Source of the DNA: a virus
Lineage: Duplodnaviria > Caudoviricetes
Length of the DNA stretch: 42,754 bases
IMG/VR virus record: IMGVR_UViG_3300048854_000104
Coordinates: 1-42,754 of that record
Direction: 5' to 3' (one strand)
Shown: positions 1 through 7,909 of the stretch, piece after piece
Layout of the letters: each line of letters opens with the position of its first letter
How positions within the stretch are numbered: the stretch's first letter is position 1
Translations under genes and position numbers: made by a program
Notes under the pieces: model-generated
Database searches by the model: none
What the model was told of the DNA's origin: nothing
What the model saw: the letters and a program-made list of their open reading frames with translations, nothing else

Positions 1-127
1 GCGCATCCCGTCGTCCTCGGCAACGTGCAGTTCCTGTGCCATGGCGCGGACCTCGGCGCGCACGCGCTCGATGGCGGCCTGCGCCTCCCGCGCCTCCCCC
101 TCGGCCTTCGTCACCGTGGCGAGCATC
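1..127. repeat. 127-bp terminal overlap, identical to 42628-42754 (circularity signature)
   Basis: Direct comparison: gcgcatcccg...gagcatc occurs at both ends, and an ORF reads through the junction in frame. Confidence 0.97.
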
Positions 128-1134
128 TCGTCCACCAAGTCCGTGTCGCCGCCCTCCTCCTCCAGCATGCTGCGGGTGACGCGCACCTCGCGCTTCGCCT
201 CGGCCCACTGCCGGTTGCGGAGCCGGAGTTGGGCCCACAGGTTCTGGATCTGGGTGGGGTCGCCGCCCGCCGCGCGGAGCCCGGACCGGATGGTGCGCAG
301 GTCCCGCTCGGCGGACTCAGCGCGGCGGACCGCGTCAGCCACTAGGTCAGCGTTGTGGTTGGCGTCTGCCTCGGCGCGCTGGAGTGCGGGCACGAGGGTC
401 TGCACGTGCCGCTTGTTCCCGGCCGCCACGGCGCGCGCGGTGTCGGCCTCCCGCACCTCCGCGTCAACGTGCTCACGAAGCAGCGCGACCTCGTCGCCCG
501 TGAAGAAGTCCGAGCCCACCCGGCTACGGCTGAGGCGGCCAAGCAGGATGCTGAGGCTGTCACGTCGGGCGCTGCGCTGCGCGTCCTCGGCCGTCCGGGC
601 CCGCTGCATCTGCGCGTCCACGAACGCGTCCACCATGCCGCTCAACTCCTGCCGCTCCCCGGCCAGCTGTGCGGCGGCGGGGTGCCAGTGGGCGACGCGG
701 ACCGTGCTGCCCGTGTCGATCCACGGTGTGGGGTCCTCGGACTCAAAGCGGGCGCACGGCCGGTCGCCGCACGGCCCGTTGTAGGACGGCGGGCACGTCC
801 GGGTCTCCATCTCGCGGCAGGCAGGGTCGCCGCTCTCGTGCTCCTCGCCAGGGTCGACCGGATACACGGCCACGTGGTCACCCCAGTTCCATCCGAACTC
901 GTCGGAGTGGAACCGGTGCTCGTGGTGTGCCGCGCGGATGCACGCGGTCCGTGGGTTGTCGGGGCCGGTGTACTGCGCGCTGCACATCGTCGCGGGCGTC
1001 GTCGGCCCGTCGTCGGTCGCGTCGGGCGTCAGCGCAAAGTCGGACTGACGGGCGTCGGCAAGGCGTCGGACCTGCGTCGCCAGGGCTTCGAGGGCACGGA
1101 CGACGGCCTTCGCATCAGGGCTGGGCTGGCTCAC
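1..1134 (-). CDS. Hypothetical coiled-coil protein, 5' part (about 398 aa in total; continues across the junction to the stop at 42565)
   Basis: GTG at 1134 overlaps the upstream stop (GTGA). Manual translation MSQPSPDAKAVVRALEALATQVRRLADARQ...DEMLATVTKAEGE is open to base 1 and joins ORF 42565..42753. The N-terminal half has Cys/His patches and the C-terminal half is helical. Confidence 0.8.
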   Translation of the reverse strand, partial: MSQPSPDAKAVVRALEALATQVRRLADARQSDFALTPDATDDGPTTPATMCSAQYTGPDNPRTACIRAAHHEHRFHSDEFGWNWGDHVAVYPVDPGEEHESGDPACREMETRTCPPSYNGPCGDRPCARFESEDPTPWIDTGSTVRVAHWHPAAAQLAGERQELSGMVDAFVDAQMQRARTAEDAQRSARRDSLSILLGRLSRSRVGSDFFTGDEVALLREHVDAEVREADTARAVAAGNKRHVQTLVPALQRAEADANHNADLVADAVRRAESAERDLRTIRSGLRAAGGDPTQIQNLWAQLRLRNRQWAEAKREVRVTRSMLEEEGGDTDLVDEMLATVTKAEGEAREAQAAIERVRAEVRAMAQELHVAEDDGMR

Positions 1135-1310
1135 AGTTGACCTCCGTTGATCGCCCGCGCGGCGGCAAGGATCTCGTCGTGGAACGGTGCTGCCTCGTCG
1201 TCCAAGCTGCGCGCCAGGGTGTCGAGGAGGTGGGCCAGCGGCTCGGCTGCCGCGCCCCAAGCAATGCGGATCGTCGAGGCCGAGAAGTGGATCTCGTCGG
1301 CGGGACTCAC
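1131..1310 (-). CDS. Hypothetical protein (59 aa)
   Basis: MSPADEIHFSASTIRIAWG...; GTGA overlaps on both sides. Confidence 0.7.
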   Translation of the reverse strand: MSPADEIHFSASTIRIAWGAAAEPLAHLLDTLARSLDDEAAPFHDEILAAARAINGGQL

Positions 1311-1654
1311 GCGGTGGTGTCCTTCCGGGTGCAGGTGGTCGGGTCGTGCTGCTCGCCAGCCGTCGACCACCACAGCTCGCAGCAGTCGGCACGGAGGCCG
1401 GCGGCGGCTTTCTCGTCCTCGAGGCTGACGATGCGGATCGGCGGGCGTCGGCGGTCGAGTTCGGCGAGGACGTCGCGGTATTCGTCGTGCAGCCAGGACA
1501 CGTGGACGATGGCGACGGCCGCGCCTATGGAGGCGGCGGCGAAGAACGCCGTGTAGCCCCACGCGTCGGCCTGGGAGCTGACGAGGGCGCAGCGGAACAG
1601 TCCGACCGCGAGGAGGGCGTACAGCACGCTGAGGGTGTGGCTGGTGCGTCTCAT
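1307..1654 (-). CDS. Hypothetical membrane protein (115 aa, 2 TM, C-terminal CC...H...C)
   Basis: MRRTSHTLSVLYALLAVGLF...; two hydrophobic segments; ATGA coupling. Confidence 0.75.
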   Translation of the reverse strand: MRRTSHTLSVLYALLAVGLFRCALVSSQADAWGYTAFFAAASIGAAVAIVHVSWLHDEYRDVLAELDRRRPPIRIVSLEDEKAAAGLRADCCELWWSTAGEQHDPTTCTRKDTTA

Positions 1655-1848
1655 GGGCTGACCTCGATCAGGGGCAGCGGGGTGCGGGCGGCGATGGCTC
1701 CGTGCAGTTGCCGGAGGCGGGCGAAGGCGCGGCTGTCGCGGATGCTGAGGCGGCGGCGTGTGGTGACGCTGAGGCGTCCCCAGCAGGACGGGCACGCGTA
1801 CTGGCCAGCGCGGCGGGTGTTGGGGCAGGACGGGCATCGCAGGGTCAT
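1651..1848 (-). CDS. Small Cys4 zinc-finger protein (65 aa)
   Basis: CPSC...CPSCW motifs; coupled start and stop. Confidence 0.75.
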   Translation of the reverse strand: MTLRCPSCPNTRRAGQYACPSCWGRLSVTTRRRLSIRDSRAFARLRQLHGAIAARTPLPLIEVSP

Positions 1849-1973
1849 CGGGTTCTCCGGCGGATCGCGGCGGTGGTGGCGGTGATCAGGAAGGCGATGA
1901 AGAGCAGGGCGCCAAGGGCGAGGCAGGCGAGTCCGGCCATGAGGAGGAGGCCGGGGCCCGCGGGCAGCGTCAC
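1845..1973 (-). CDS. Small single-TM protein (42 aa)
   Basis: MTLPAGPGLLLMAGLACLALGALLFIAFLITATTAAIRRRTR; 4-nt overlaps at both ends. Confidence 0.65.
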   Translation of the reverse strand: MTLPAGPGLLLMAGLACLALGALLFIAFLITATTAAIRRRTR

Positions 1974-2248
1974 GTCTCGGCCTGCTGTGCTCGCCCTTGC
2001 AGGTGCGAGGCGGCTCGGTGGGTGGCGTCGTCCCAGCCCGCGCGGTAGTCGTCGGTGTGGCCGGGGCGGGGGCCGAGGTCGGCTTCGAGCAGGTCGGCGG
2101 CGGCGCTTCGGAAGGCGGCGGCCGTGGTGGCTCCGCTGCGTTCGTTGGCGCGGACGGCCGCCTCGAACTGCTCCAACGCGGTCACCGCGCCCGGCTCGTT
2201 GCGGAACCACCAGGCGACGTTGGCGCGGGCGGTGTCCAGTTCAGACAT
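1970..2248 (-). CDS. Hypothetical protein (92 aa)
   Basis: MSELDTARANVAWWFRNEP...; AAGGAG RBS upstream of ATG 2248. Confidence 0.75.
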   Translation of the reverse strand: MSELDTARANVAWWFRNEPGAVTALEQFEAAVRANERSGATTAAAFRSAAADLLEADLGPRPGHTDDYRAGWDDATHRAASHLQGRAQQAET

Positions 2249-2273
2249 GGATGTCTCCTTGGTGGGTGGTGTG

Positions 2274-2729
2274 TCAGCTAGCGATGGCGAAGCCCTGTGT
2301 GCCGTCCGCGTTGGGGGCGCTGGCGAGCAGGGCCAACAGCTCTTCGCGGTGCACGTCCACGGCGTAGCGAAGGAGGTCATCGACGCGCTGCCCGTAGGGC
2401 TGCGGGGAGAACCAGAGCTCCAGGTTCTCGACCCTGTTGTCGTCGCGAACGCCGTTCTTGTGGTGGACGGTCTCGCCCTGCACGAGGCGCCGGCCAAGGT
2501 GCTGCTCCATGACGTACCGGTGTTCACCGATGACCCGGCCGTCCTCGGTCTTGATCATTACGTAGCCGTCGGGGTGCAGGTGCTTGGTGCCGGGGACCTG
2601 ATAGCGGCGCCCCTTGGAGCCGTAGTGCGGGCCGCAGTAGCCGAGTCCGTGACCGTTCCGGTTGAGCTTCACGGGATCGCTACAGCCGTCTGCCTTGCAG
2701 GTTTTGACGGCGATGGAGCGCTTGGACAT
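2274..2729 (-). CDS. HNH endonuclease (HNH_3-like, N-terminal Cys/His motif)
   Basis: EHRYVMEQHLGRRL..GETVHHKNGVRDDNRVENLELW; N-terminal C-x4-C...C-x2-H; AGGAG RBS. Confidence 0.9.
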   Translation of the reverse strand: MSKRSIAVKTCKADGCSDPVKLNRNGHGLGYCGPHYGSKGRRYQVPGTKHLHPDGYVMIKTEDGRVIGEHRYVMEQHLGRRLVQGETVHHKNGVRDDNRVENLELWFSPQPYGQRVDDLLRYAVDVHREELLALLASAPNADGTQGFAIAS

Positions 2730-2766
2730 CTGTTCGTCTCTCCTGGCTTCGGGTTGGGCGGTGGCG

Positions 2767-3366
2767 TTAGGCGGCGCAGGCGGCCGTCTGCGGGGCTAGC
2801 GCGGTCCTGGGGTCCCAGGGGTCGCCCCACGCCTCACGCGCCCGCTCAGCGTCCGCACGCTGCCGCGCACGACGTGCCTTCGCCTCACGCCCCTGACCCG
2901 CCCGACACAACGCGCACGCCACCTCCCCCAACCGGCGGTGGATGAAGTAGCCGCGCGACGACCCGCCCTTCGCGTGCTCCACAACCAGCTGCGCCCGCCG
3001 CTCGCCCTCAACCTGCTTCCGATGCGCAGCCAGACACGCGTCGCACGGCTGCTCCCGGTACGAGAAGTGCGCCCGATACGCCCGCTCCGACCCGCACTCC
3101 AACCGCAACCGACCCTGCTCATCGAAGCGAGACGGCTCACCCGTCCAGAACTGACGGCGGCCGGCAGCCGTGGTCCCACCCCACACACCCTTCAGGTTGC
3201 GGTTGTCAAGGACGTACTGCGCGCACGCCTCCCGGATCGGACAGCGGACACAGAGGGCCTTGGCGGCTTCCCTGTCGCTGCTGCTTTTGCTGAAGAAGAT
3301 CTCGGGGTCGACGGAGCGGCAGGGGAGGTTGGGGGTGGTGGCGGTGAGGTCAAACAGGCTGGTCAT
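2767..3366 (-). CDS. whiB: WhiB-family transcriptional regulator with C-terminal extension
   Basis: C...DPEIFF...AKALCVRCPIREAC...GVWGG: four Fe-S cysteines plus the GVWGG turn. Confidence 0.93.
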   Translation of the reverse strand: MTSLFDLTATTPNLPCRSVDPEIFFSKSSSDREAAKALCVRCPIREACAQYVLDNRNLKGVWGGTTAAGRRQFWTGEPSRFDEQGRLRLECGSERAYRAHFSYREQPCDACLAAHRKQVEGERRAQLVVEHAKGGSSRGYFIHRRLGEVACALCRAGQGREAKARRARQRADAERAREAWGDPWDPRTALAPQTAACAA

Positions 3367-3416
3367 GGCGTGTCTCCCCGGGGGTTGGTCGTGGGGCGGT
3401 TGGTCGGCGGTGCAGG

Positions 3417-4238
3417 TCAGGCGTGGTGGGCGAAGAGGTCGAGCTGGTGGCCGAGTGGCTGGTTAGCCCAGAGCACCTCGGTACGGGCTTGGTCGCCCTT
3501 GCCGTTGCCCGTTGTGGTGGCCTGCTCGTGGCGGTGCCAGCCGTCGTACAGCTGGTCGTAGAGCGGGCTGTGGTAGCCGGAGAGGACGACGGTTGCCTTG
3601 CACGCCGCGAGTGCGTCGGCCAGTTCGCGGTGTTCGGTGTCGGTCTTCATCTCGTGCCGGTAGCGGGTGGTCGGCTCGCGTGTGGTGCCGAGGTAAGGCG
3701 GGTCGACGTACAGCAGGACTTCGGTGTGGCGCCCGTACTTGGCGATCACGTCGAGGGCTGGCATCGATTCCAGGGACACCGCGTGCAGGCGCTCAGCTAC
3801 TGCGGCCATGCGGTCGACGTAGCCGTCCAGGTAGGACGGCATTCCGAAGCCGCCTTTGGCGGCGGGGTTGACGTAGTGCCGCCAGCCGCTCTTGCGGAGG
3901 TGTCCACCGAGGGACTGGGACAGGCGCACCCAGACTCGGCGGGCCTGCTCTAGTTCGTCGTCGGCGGTCGCGTGAGCGGCGAGCAGCTCGGCGCGGCCAT
4001 GCGGCGTGAGCGCGCATGCGCGGATCAGGTCGGTAGGTCGGTCACGGAGGACGCGCCAGAACAGCATCAGGTCCCCGTCGAGATCGTTGACGGTTTCCAT
4101 CGGGCTCGGCCTCTTGGCCAGCAGGACGGATAGTGATCCGGCGAACGGTTCGACGTAGTGGCCCTGGTTGGGCAGCAGCGACACGATCCAAGGGGCGATG
4201 GTCTGCTTGCTGCCGAAGTACGGCACGGGGCTCTTCAT
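3417..4238 (-). CDS. DNA adenine methyltransferase (Dam/D12 class), orphan
   Basis: PYFGSK, YVEPFAGS (SAM binding), VNDLD, YVDPPY catalytic motif. Confidence 0.93.
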   Translation of the reverse strand: MKSPVPYFGSKQTIAPWIVSLLPNQGHYVEPFAGSLSVLLAKRPSPMETVNDLDGDLMLFWRVLRDRPTDLIRACALTPHGRAELLAAHATADDELEQARRVWVRLSQSLGGHLRKSGWRHYVNPAAKGGFGMPSYLDGYVDRMAAVAERLHAVSLESMPALDVIAKYGRHTEVLLYVDPPYLGTTREPTTRYRHEMKTDTEHRELADALAACKATVVLSGYHSPLYDQLYDGWHRHEQATTTGNGKGDQARTEVLWANQPLGHQLDLFAHHA

Positions 4239-5038
4239 GCGCTGTGTCTCTCTCGGTCGGTGACGGGTGGGCAGTGGGCGTGGGTGCGGCGGCCGAAGCG
4301 CGGCAGCATCGGGTCGTGGCAGCGTTCGCAGGGGATCCAGCCGGGGGCGAGTTCGGCGCCGGTGGTGTCTTCCTGCGGGGGATGATCTTGAGGGTCGGGA
4401 GCCCCAACTACCTGAGGTTGGAAACCGACCTCAGCCCCGTCATGGGAAAGCTCTTGGGTAACCCCTGGGTTGTTCGGGGCGCTGTCCCCCGAACCCAACG
4501 GGGCTCTGTCCCCCGAACTCCAACGGGGCGCTGTCCCCCGAACTTCTTCAGCGTTACCGCCGGTAAGTTCGGGGCTCTGTCCCCCGATGTAGTTCGGGGC
4601 GCTGTCCCCCGAACTTTCGGCGGGCTGATCCCACCCCGGAGCCCGCTTCCGAGCCGTCGACTTCAGGTAGTCCTCGGCCGCCGGCCAGTCCGGGAACGGG
4701 CTCACGAGGAGCACATACCGGGTAGGCACGCCCCGCTTCCGCTCGCCCTGGACGGTGACGACGCCCGCGCGGATCGCGGCCTCCAAGTACCGCCGGGTGT
4801 CCTTCTCGTCGGCGCACGCAGCCTTCGCGATGTCCTGGATTCGGATGGTCCTGCGGTCCGAGGCGAAGGCCAGTTCCCCGGCGGCGTTGGCCATGTTCCG
4901 TAGCTGGCAGAGGAGCAGGGGCAGGCCGGACCGCCGCAGGTACGCGCTCATGTCGCGCGTCCAGCGCCACGACAGGGCGTTGCCGAAAGCGTTCGGCACG
5001 CCGCCGCTGGTGCGGCCGTCCTGCTCGTCGATGCTCAA
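4235..5038 (-). CDS. Probable replication initiator (lambda O-like organisation, N-terminal wHTH, internal iterons)
   Basis: wHTH-like TIRIQDIAKAACADEKDTRRYLEAAIRAGVV...RY, followed by five internal 20-bp DNA repeats; C-terminal CxxC...HxxC. Confidence 0.7.
   Translation of the reverse strand: MSIDEQDGRTSGGVPNAFGNALSWRWTRDMSAYLRRSGLPLLLCQLRNMANAAGELAFASDRRTIRIQDIAKAACADEKDTRRYLEAAIRAGVVTVQGERKRGVPTRYVLLVSPFPDWPAAEDYLKSTARKRAPGWDQPAESSGDSAPNYIGGQSPELTGGNAEEVRGTAPRWSSGDRAPLGSGDSAPNNPGVTQELSHDGAEVGFQPQVVGAPDPQDHPPQEDTTGAELAPGWIPCERCHDPMLPRFGRRTHAHCPPVTDRERHSA
4475..4614. repeat. Five 20-bp quasi-palindromic repeats CGGGGC(G/T)CTGTCCCCCGA(AC); putative replication origin iterons
   Basis: Copies start at 4475, 4499, 4524, 4570 and 4595. 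Confidence 0.85.
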
Positions 5039-5082
5039 CTCGGTTCTCTCTCAGGTGTGTTGCGGAAGCGTTCCGGCAAGAT

Positions 5083-5117
5083 CCGCCCGGGGCGCGGGCG
5101 TTGAGCGCCCCGGGCGG
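5083..5117. terminator. Stem-loop (13-bp stem), putative terminator or processing site
   Basis: ccgcccggggcgc / gcgccccgggcgg immediately after the stop of 5123..5560. Confidence 0.6.
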
Positions 5118-5122
5118 CCGGA

Positions 5123-5560
5123 TCAGCGGATGAACTCGGTGCGGGTGCGCTCCTCGCGGCGCCGCCGGTGGGCCTCGTAGTCGGCCTCGGTCGGCTTGCC
5201 CTCGGTGACGTCGCTGAGGGCGCTGTCCGGGCGCATGGGGCCCTCGCCCACCTCGTCGAAGGTGCCGTCCATGCGTCGGGCCCTCCACATGGCGCGCTTC
5301 GCCTCGGCGAGAGCTGCCGCGTCGTCGTCGTTGCGCGCGACCTCGCAGGAGGTGACGCGGACCTTGACGTTCGGCTCCTTGTCCTCGCCGGTGGCGTGGC
5401 CCGTGTAGGACTTGGAGGTGAGTTCGACGATGGCGAAGACGACGGTGCCGGGCTTCTCGAACAGTCCGCGTCGCTGCTCGGTGGTGAGGGCGGCCTCGAT
5501 GGAGGCGGCGGCCGAGTCGAGCTTGACCTCGGGGACTTCGGTGTTCGCCAGCTTGGGCAT
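5123..5560 (-). CDS. Hypothetical protein (145 aa)
   Basis: MPKLANTEVPEVKLDS...; GAAAGG RBS; high GC3. Confidence 0.8.
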   Translation of the reverse strand: MPKLANTEVPEVKLDSAAASIEAALTTEQRRGLFEKPGTVVFAIVELTSKSYTGHATGEDKEPNVKVRVTSCEVARNDDDAAALAEAKRAMWRARRMDGTFDEVGEGPMRPDSALSDVTEGKPTEADYEAHRRRREERTRTEFIR

Positions 5561-5600
5561 GTGCTGTGCCTTTCCGGTTCGGGTGGTGCTGGGTGTGGGG

Positions 5601-5633
5601 CCCGGTCCCGCCGTGGGGGTCGGCGGGACCGGG
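5601..5633. terminator. Intergenic stem-loop (13-bp stem)
   Basis: cccggtcccgccg / cggcgggaccggg; a second, weaker hairpin follows. Confidence 0.55.
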
Positions 5634-5683
5634 TGACGGCCGCGGGCGTGGGGGACGCCCGGGGGTCGGCCGCCGGAGGGTGG

Positions 5684-6103
5684 TCAACCGTGCAGCTCCA
5701 CGAGGCGCAGTTGGTGCGCGGCCACCTCGCCGATGCCTGTCACGAAGGCCTCGCGCATGCGCTCGGAGACCTCGGGGGCGAAGGCGAAGTGCACGCGGAC
5801 GATGGGACGTTCGGCGCTCTTCACGGTCATCGAGTGCTCTTCGGGCTCCAGCCCGTCGGCGCCGAGGTTGATGGCCCACTCGGACACGTCGGCGGCGCTG
5901 CTCAGCAGGTCGTCGATGGCACGTTGTGCCGCGTCGAAGTCGTTCTCGCCGAGCTGGTCCCACTGCAAGGCGCCACGACTGGCGATCTTGTGGCCTTCCA
6001 TCCGATCGCTGATGCCGGAGAAGTCCGGGTCCTCGGTCGCGGTCTTGTGCTGACGTGCCGCCTCCACACGGAGGTCTTCGGGGGTGTACGCGTGGTCGGT
6101 CAT
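5684..6103 (-). CDS. Hypothetical acidic protein (139 aa)
   Basis: MTDHAYTPEDLRVEAARQH...; lies within the operon with normal codon usage. Confidence 0.8.
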   Translation of the reverse strand: MTDHAYTPEDLRVEAARQHKTATEDPDFSGISDRMEGHKIASRGALQWDQLGENDFDAAQRAIDDLLSSAADVSEWAINLGADGLEPEEHSMTVKSAERPIVRVHFAFAPEVSERMREAFVTGIGEVAAHQLRLVELHG

Positions 6104-6124
6104 CGTGATCCGTTCTGGTGGTGG

Positions 6125-6397
6125 TTACTTGCGTCGCTTGATGAGCGAGGCCTGAAGCGCCGCGTAGTGGCGGGCCCCCTGCTCGCGGACCTCAGGGATC
6201 GGGCAGTCATCGCGGCGGTGCCGCAGAGCCCGGATGACGAGCTGCTCCGTCTCGGCGTAGCCCACGGCGTCCTCAGCCCGGCCGCACGGACACGTGAAGT
6301 CCGCAGCCGCGAGGGACTTTGCCTTCGCGTGATCCAAGCGGACACGCAGGCCGTAGCCCGGGTGAGGGTTGCCGATCGTCGGCCCGACCCCGTTCAT
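6125..6397 (-). CDS. Hypothetical protein (90 aa; CPC...H...C)
   Basis: MNGVGPTIGNPHPGYGLRV...; ATGA overlap with the MTase stop. Confidence 0.75.
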   Translation of the reverse strand: MNGVGPTIGNPHPGYGLRVRLDHAKAKSLAAADFTCPCGRAEDAVGYAETEQLVIRALRHRRDDCPIPEVREQGARHYAALQASLIKRRK

Positions 6398-7164
6398 GCG
6401 GCGAGGCCGCGTGCTGCTGCGTCGGCGCCGATCAGCCGACCGATGTGCTCGGCGGCGGCGGGGATGACGGCGTTGCCGTAACCGGCAAGCTGGCCCACTT
6501 GGTCGGGAACCCCATCAACCAGGCGATCCACTCGGGGTTCGGCAGCAAGCCAGGCACGCGCGGCTTTCCCTCGCGCAGCCACAGGAAGGCCAAGTAGTCC
6601 TCCAGCCGCGAGTCGTGATCCCCGCTCTCCGCCCTGCTCCACGACAACCCGTGATGCCCCATCGACGCCCTGGGGGTGGGCCACGAGGTAGACCCGTTTA
6701 CGGGCTGCCTGGGGGGCTCCGAACTGCGGCGCTGAAAGCACTGCCCATTCCGCATCGAACCCGCAGTCGGCCAGATCGGCGAGGACCCATCCGAAGGCGC
6801 CTCCGTCTCGAACAAGGTCTCCGACGTTCTCCACGAAGACGTAGTCGGGTCGAACGTGGCGCACAACGGCAGCCATCGCAGGCCACATCCACCGTTCGTC
6901 TGCGACGCCGAGCCGCTGCCCGATGAGGCTGAAGGGCTGGCAGGGAAAGCCGCCGGCGACGACGTGGACGCGGGGTCGAGGGGCGGAGTCCCACCAGGCG
7001 GTGGCGGTACGTACGTCGTCATGGCGGGGAACCTCCGGCCAGTGGTGGGCCAGCACGCGCCGGCAGAACGGGTTGATCTCGACCTGGCCGACCGTCGTCA
7101 TGCCCGCTCGTTCCAGGCCGAGTTCGATACCGCCGATACCGGAGAACAGGGAGAGGACGTTCAC
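6394..7164 (-). CDS. DNA (cytosine-5) methyltransferase, large/alpha polypeptide
   Basis: Motif I LSLFSGIGG, IV GGFPCQPFS, VI FVENV, VIII Q..RKRVY and X YGNAV are present; there is no in-frame motif IX. GTG start at 7164. Confidence 0.93.
   Translation of the reverse strand: MNVLSLFSGIGGIELGLERAGMTTVGQVEINPFCRRVLAHHWPEVPRHDDVRTATAWWDSAPRPRVHVVAGGFPCQPFSLIGQRLGVADERWMWPAMAAVVRHVRPDYVFVENVGDLVRDGGAFGWVLADLADCGFDAEWAVLSAPQFGAPQAARKRVYLVAHPQGVDGASRVVVEQGGERGSRLAAGGLLGLPVAARGKAARAWLAAEPRVDRLVDGVPDQVGQLAGYGNAVIPAAAEHIGRLIGADAAARGLAA
6432..7022 (-). CDS. Nested alternative-frame polypeptide; putative beta subunit of the C5 methyltransferase (TRD plus motif IX)
   Basis: 196-aa ORF wholly inside the MTase gene; carries WPTP and LPNPEWIAWLMGFPTKW (motif IX-like). 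The start codon is uncertain. Confidence 0.75.
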   Translation of the reverse strand: MTTYVPPPPGGTPPLDPASTSSPAAFPASPSASSGSGSASQTNGGCGLRWLPLCATFDPTTSSWRTSETLFETEAPSDGSSPIWPTAGSMRNGQCFQRRSSEPPRQPVNGSTSWPTPRASMGHHGLSWSRAESGDHDSRLEDYLAFLWLREGKPRVPGLLPNPEWIAWLMGFPTKWASLPVTATPSSPPPPSTSVG

Positions 7165-7652
7165 CGAGTCACCGCCCCGTAGCCGAGCGGGTCCTCGCCG
7201 GGCGCCAACCCCGTGACGACGAGCACGAGTTGCCCGCCCTTCACGACCTTGCCGAGGCGCATGTCCGGGCCGACGACGCGGGTGTGGTCGTCGTCGTCGA
7301 ACAGCCCGGCGTCGACCAGGCCGTCCACTGCGGCCTTGAAGGACGGGTACCAGTTCGCCGGGTCGCAGCGTCCGTTCGTCGCCGGGTGGATCACGCCGAG
7401 GATGTGGGCCCGCTCGAAGAGGGCGCCTGGCTTGGCGGCGGCGAGCGCCGTCATGAGTGCCGGGCACTCGCTCACGGCCTCCATGGCGGCGGCGCGCAGC
7501 TTGCCCGTGTACTCGGCCTTCCGCTTGTAGTGCAGCTGCCGGTTGGCGTTGAGGAGCTTCATACCGGCAGGCAGCGGGATGACGAAGGGCCGGGCCCCGG
7601 CCACCGCAGGGGTGGCCGGAACCTCGGGGTCGAACAGGGTGGGCGCGCTCAC
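7161..7652 (-). CDS. RusA-like Holliday junction resolvase
   Basis: RCDPANWYPSFKAAVDGLVDAGLFDDDD fits the RusA D-x-x-N...K...D-x-L...G...DD pattern. Confidence 0.75.
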   Translation of the reverse strand: MSAPTLFDPEVPATPAVAGARPFVIPLPAGMKLLNANRQLHYKRKAEYTGKLRAAAMEAVSECPALMTALAAAKPGALFERAHILGVIHPATNGRCDPANWYPSFKAAVDGLVDAGLFDDDDHTRVVGPDMRLGKVVKGGQLVLVVTGLAPGEDPLGYGAVTR

Positions 7653-7909
7653 TCCGCACCGCCCGGCGGCGTCGGGTCCATCGTGACCGTGCGACACACC
7701 CAGCACTGCCGACCGCCGAGCCGCAGGAACGCGTGCAGCGTGTCGCGGTCCTCGGCCGGGCAGTACGCGATGTCGTTGACGAGGGCCTCGGTGGGCCGCA
7801 TCAACACGTGCAGCGGGACGGTGTGGTCGGGGCATGGGGTGTGGGTGCCCTTGCGGCGGTGGCCGCTCCCGGGCTGCACGATGCGGCGAAGGCGCGCGAG
7901 CGGGCTCAC
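7649..7909 (-). CDS. Small zinc-ribbon-like protein (86 aa)
   Basis: YCPAE....H.......CWVC; coupled overlaps. Confidence 0.7.
   Translation of the reverse strand: MSPLARLRRIVQPGSGHRRKGTHTPCPDHTVPLHVLMRPTEALVNDIAYCPAEDRDTLHAFLRLGGRQCWVCRTVTMDPTPPGGAE

Noticed and set aside
4475-4614. Mini CRISPR array
   Set aside because: Spacers are only 4-5 nt (one is 26 nt), the repeats lie inside a CDS, and there are no cas genes. Iterons fit better.
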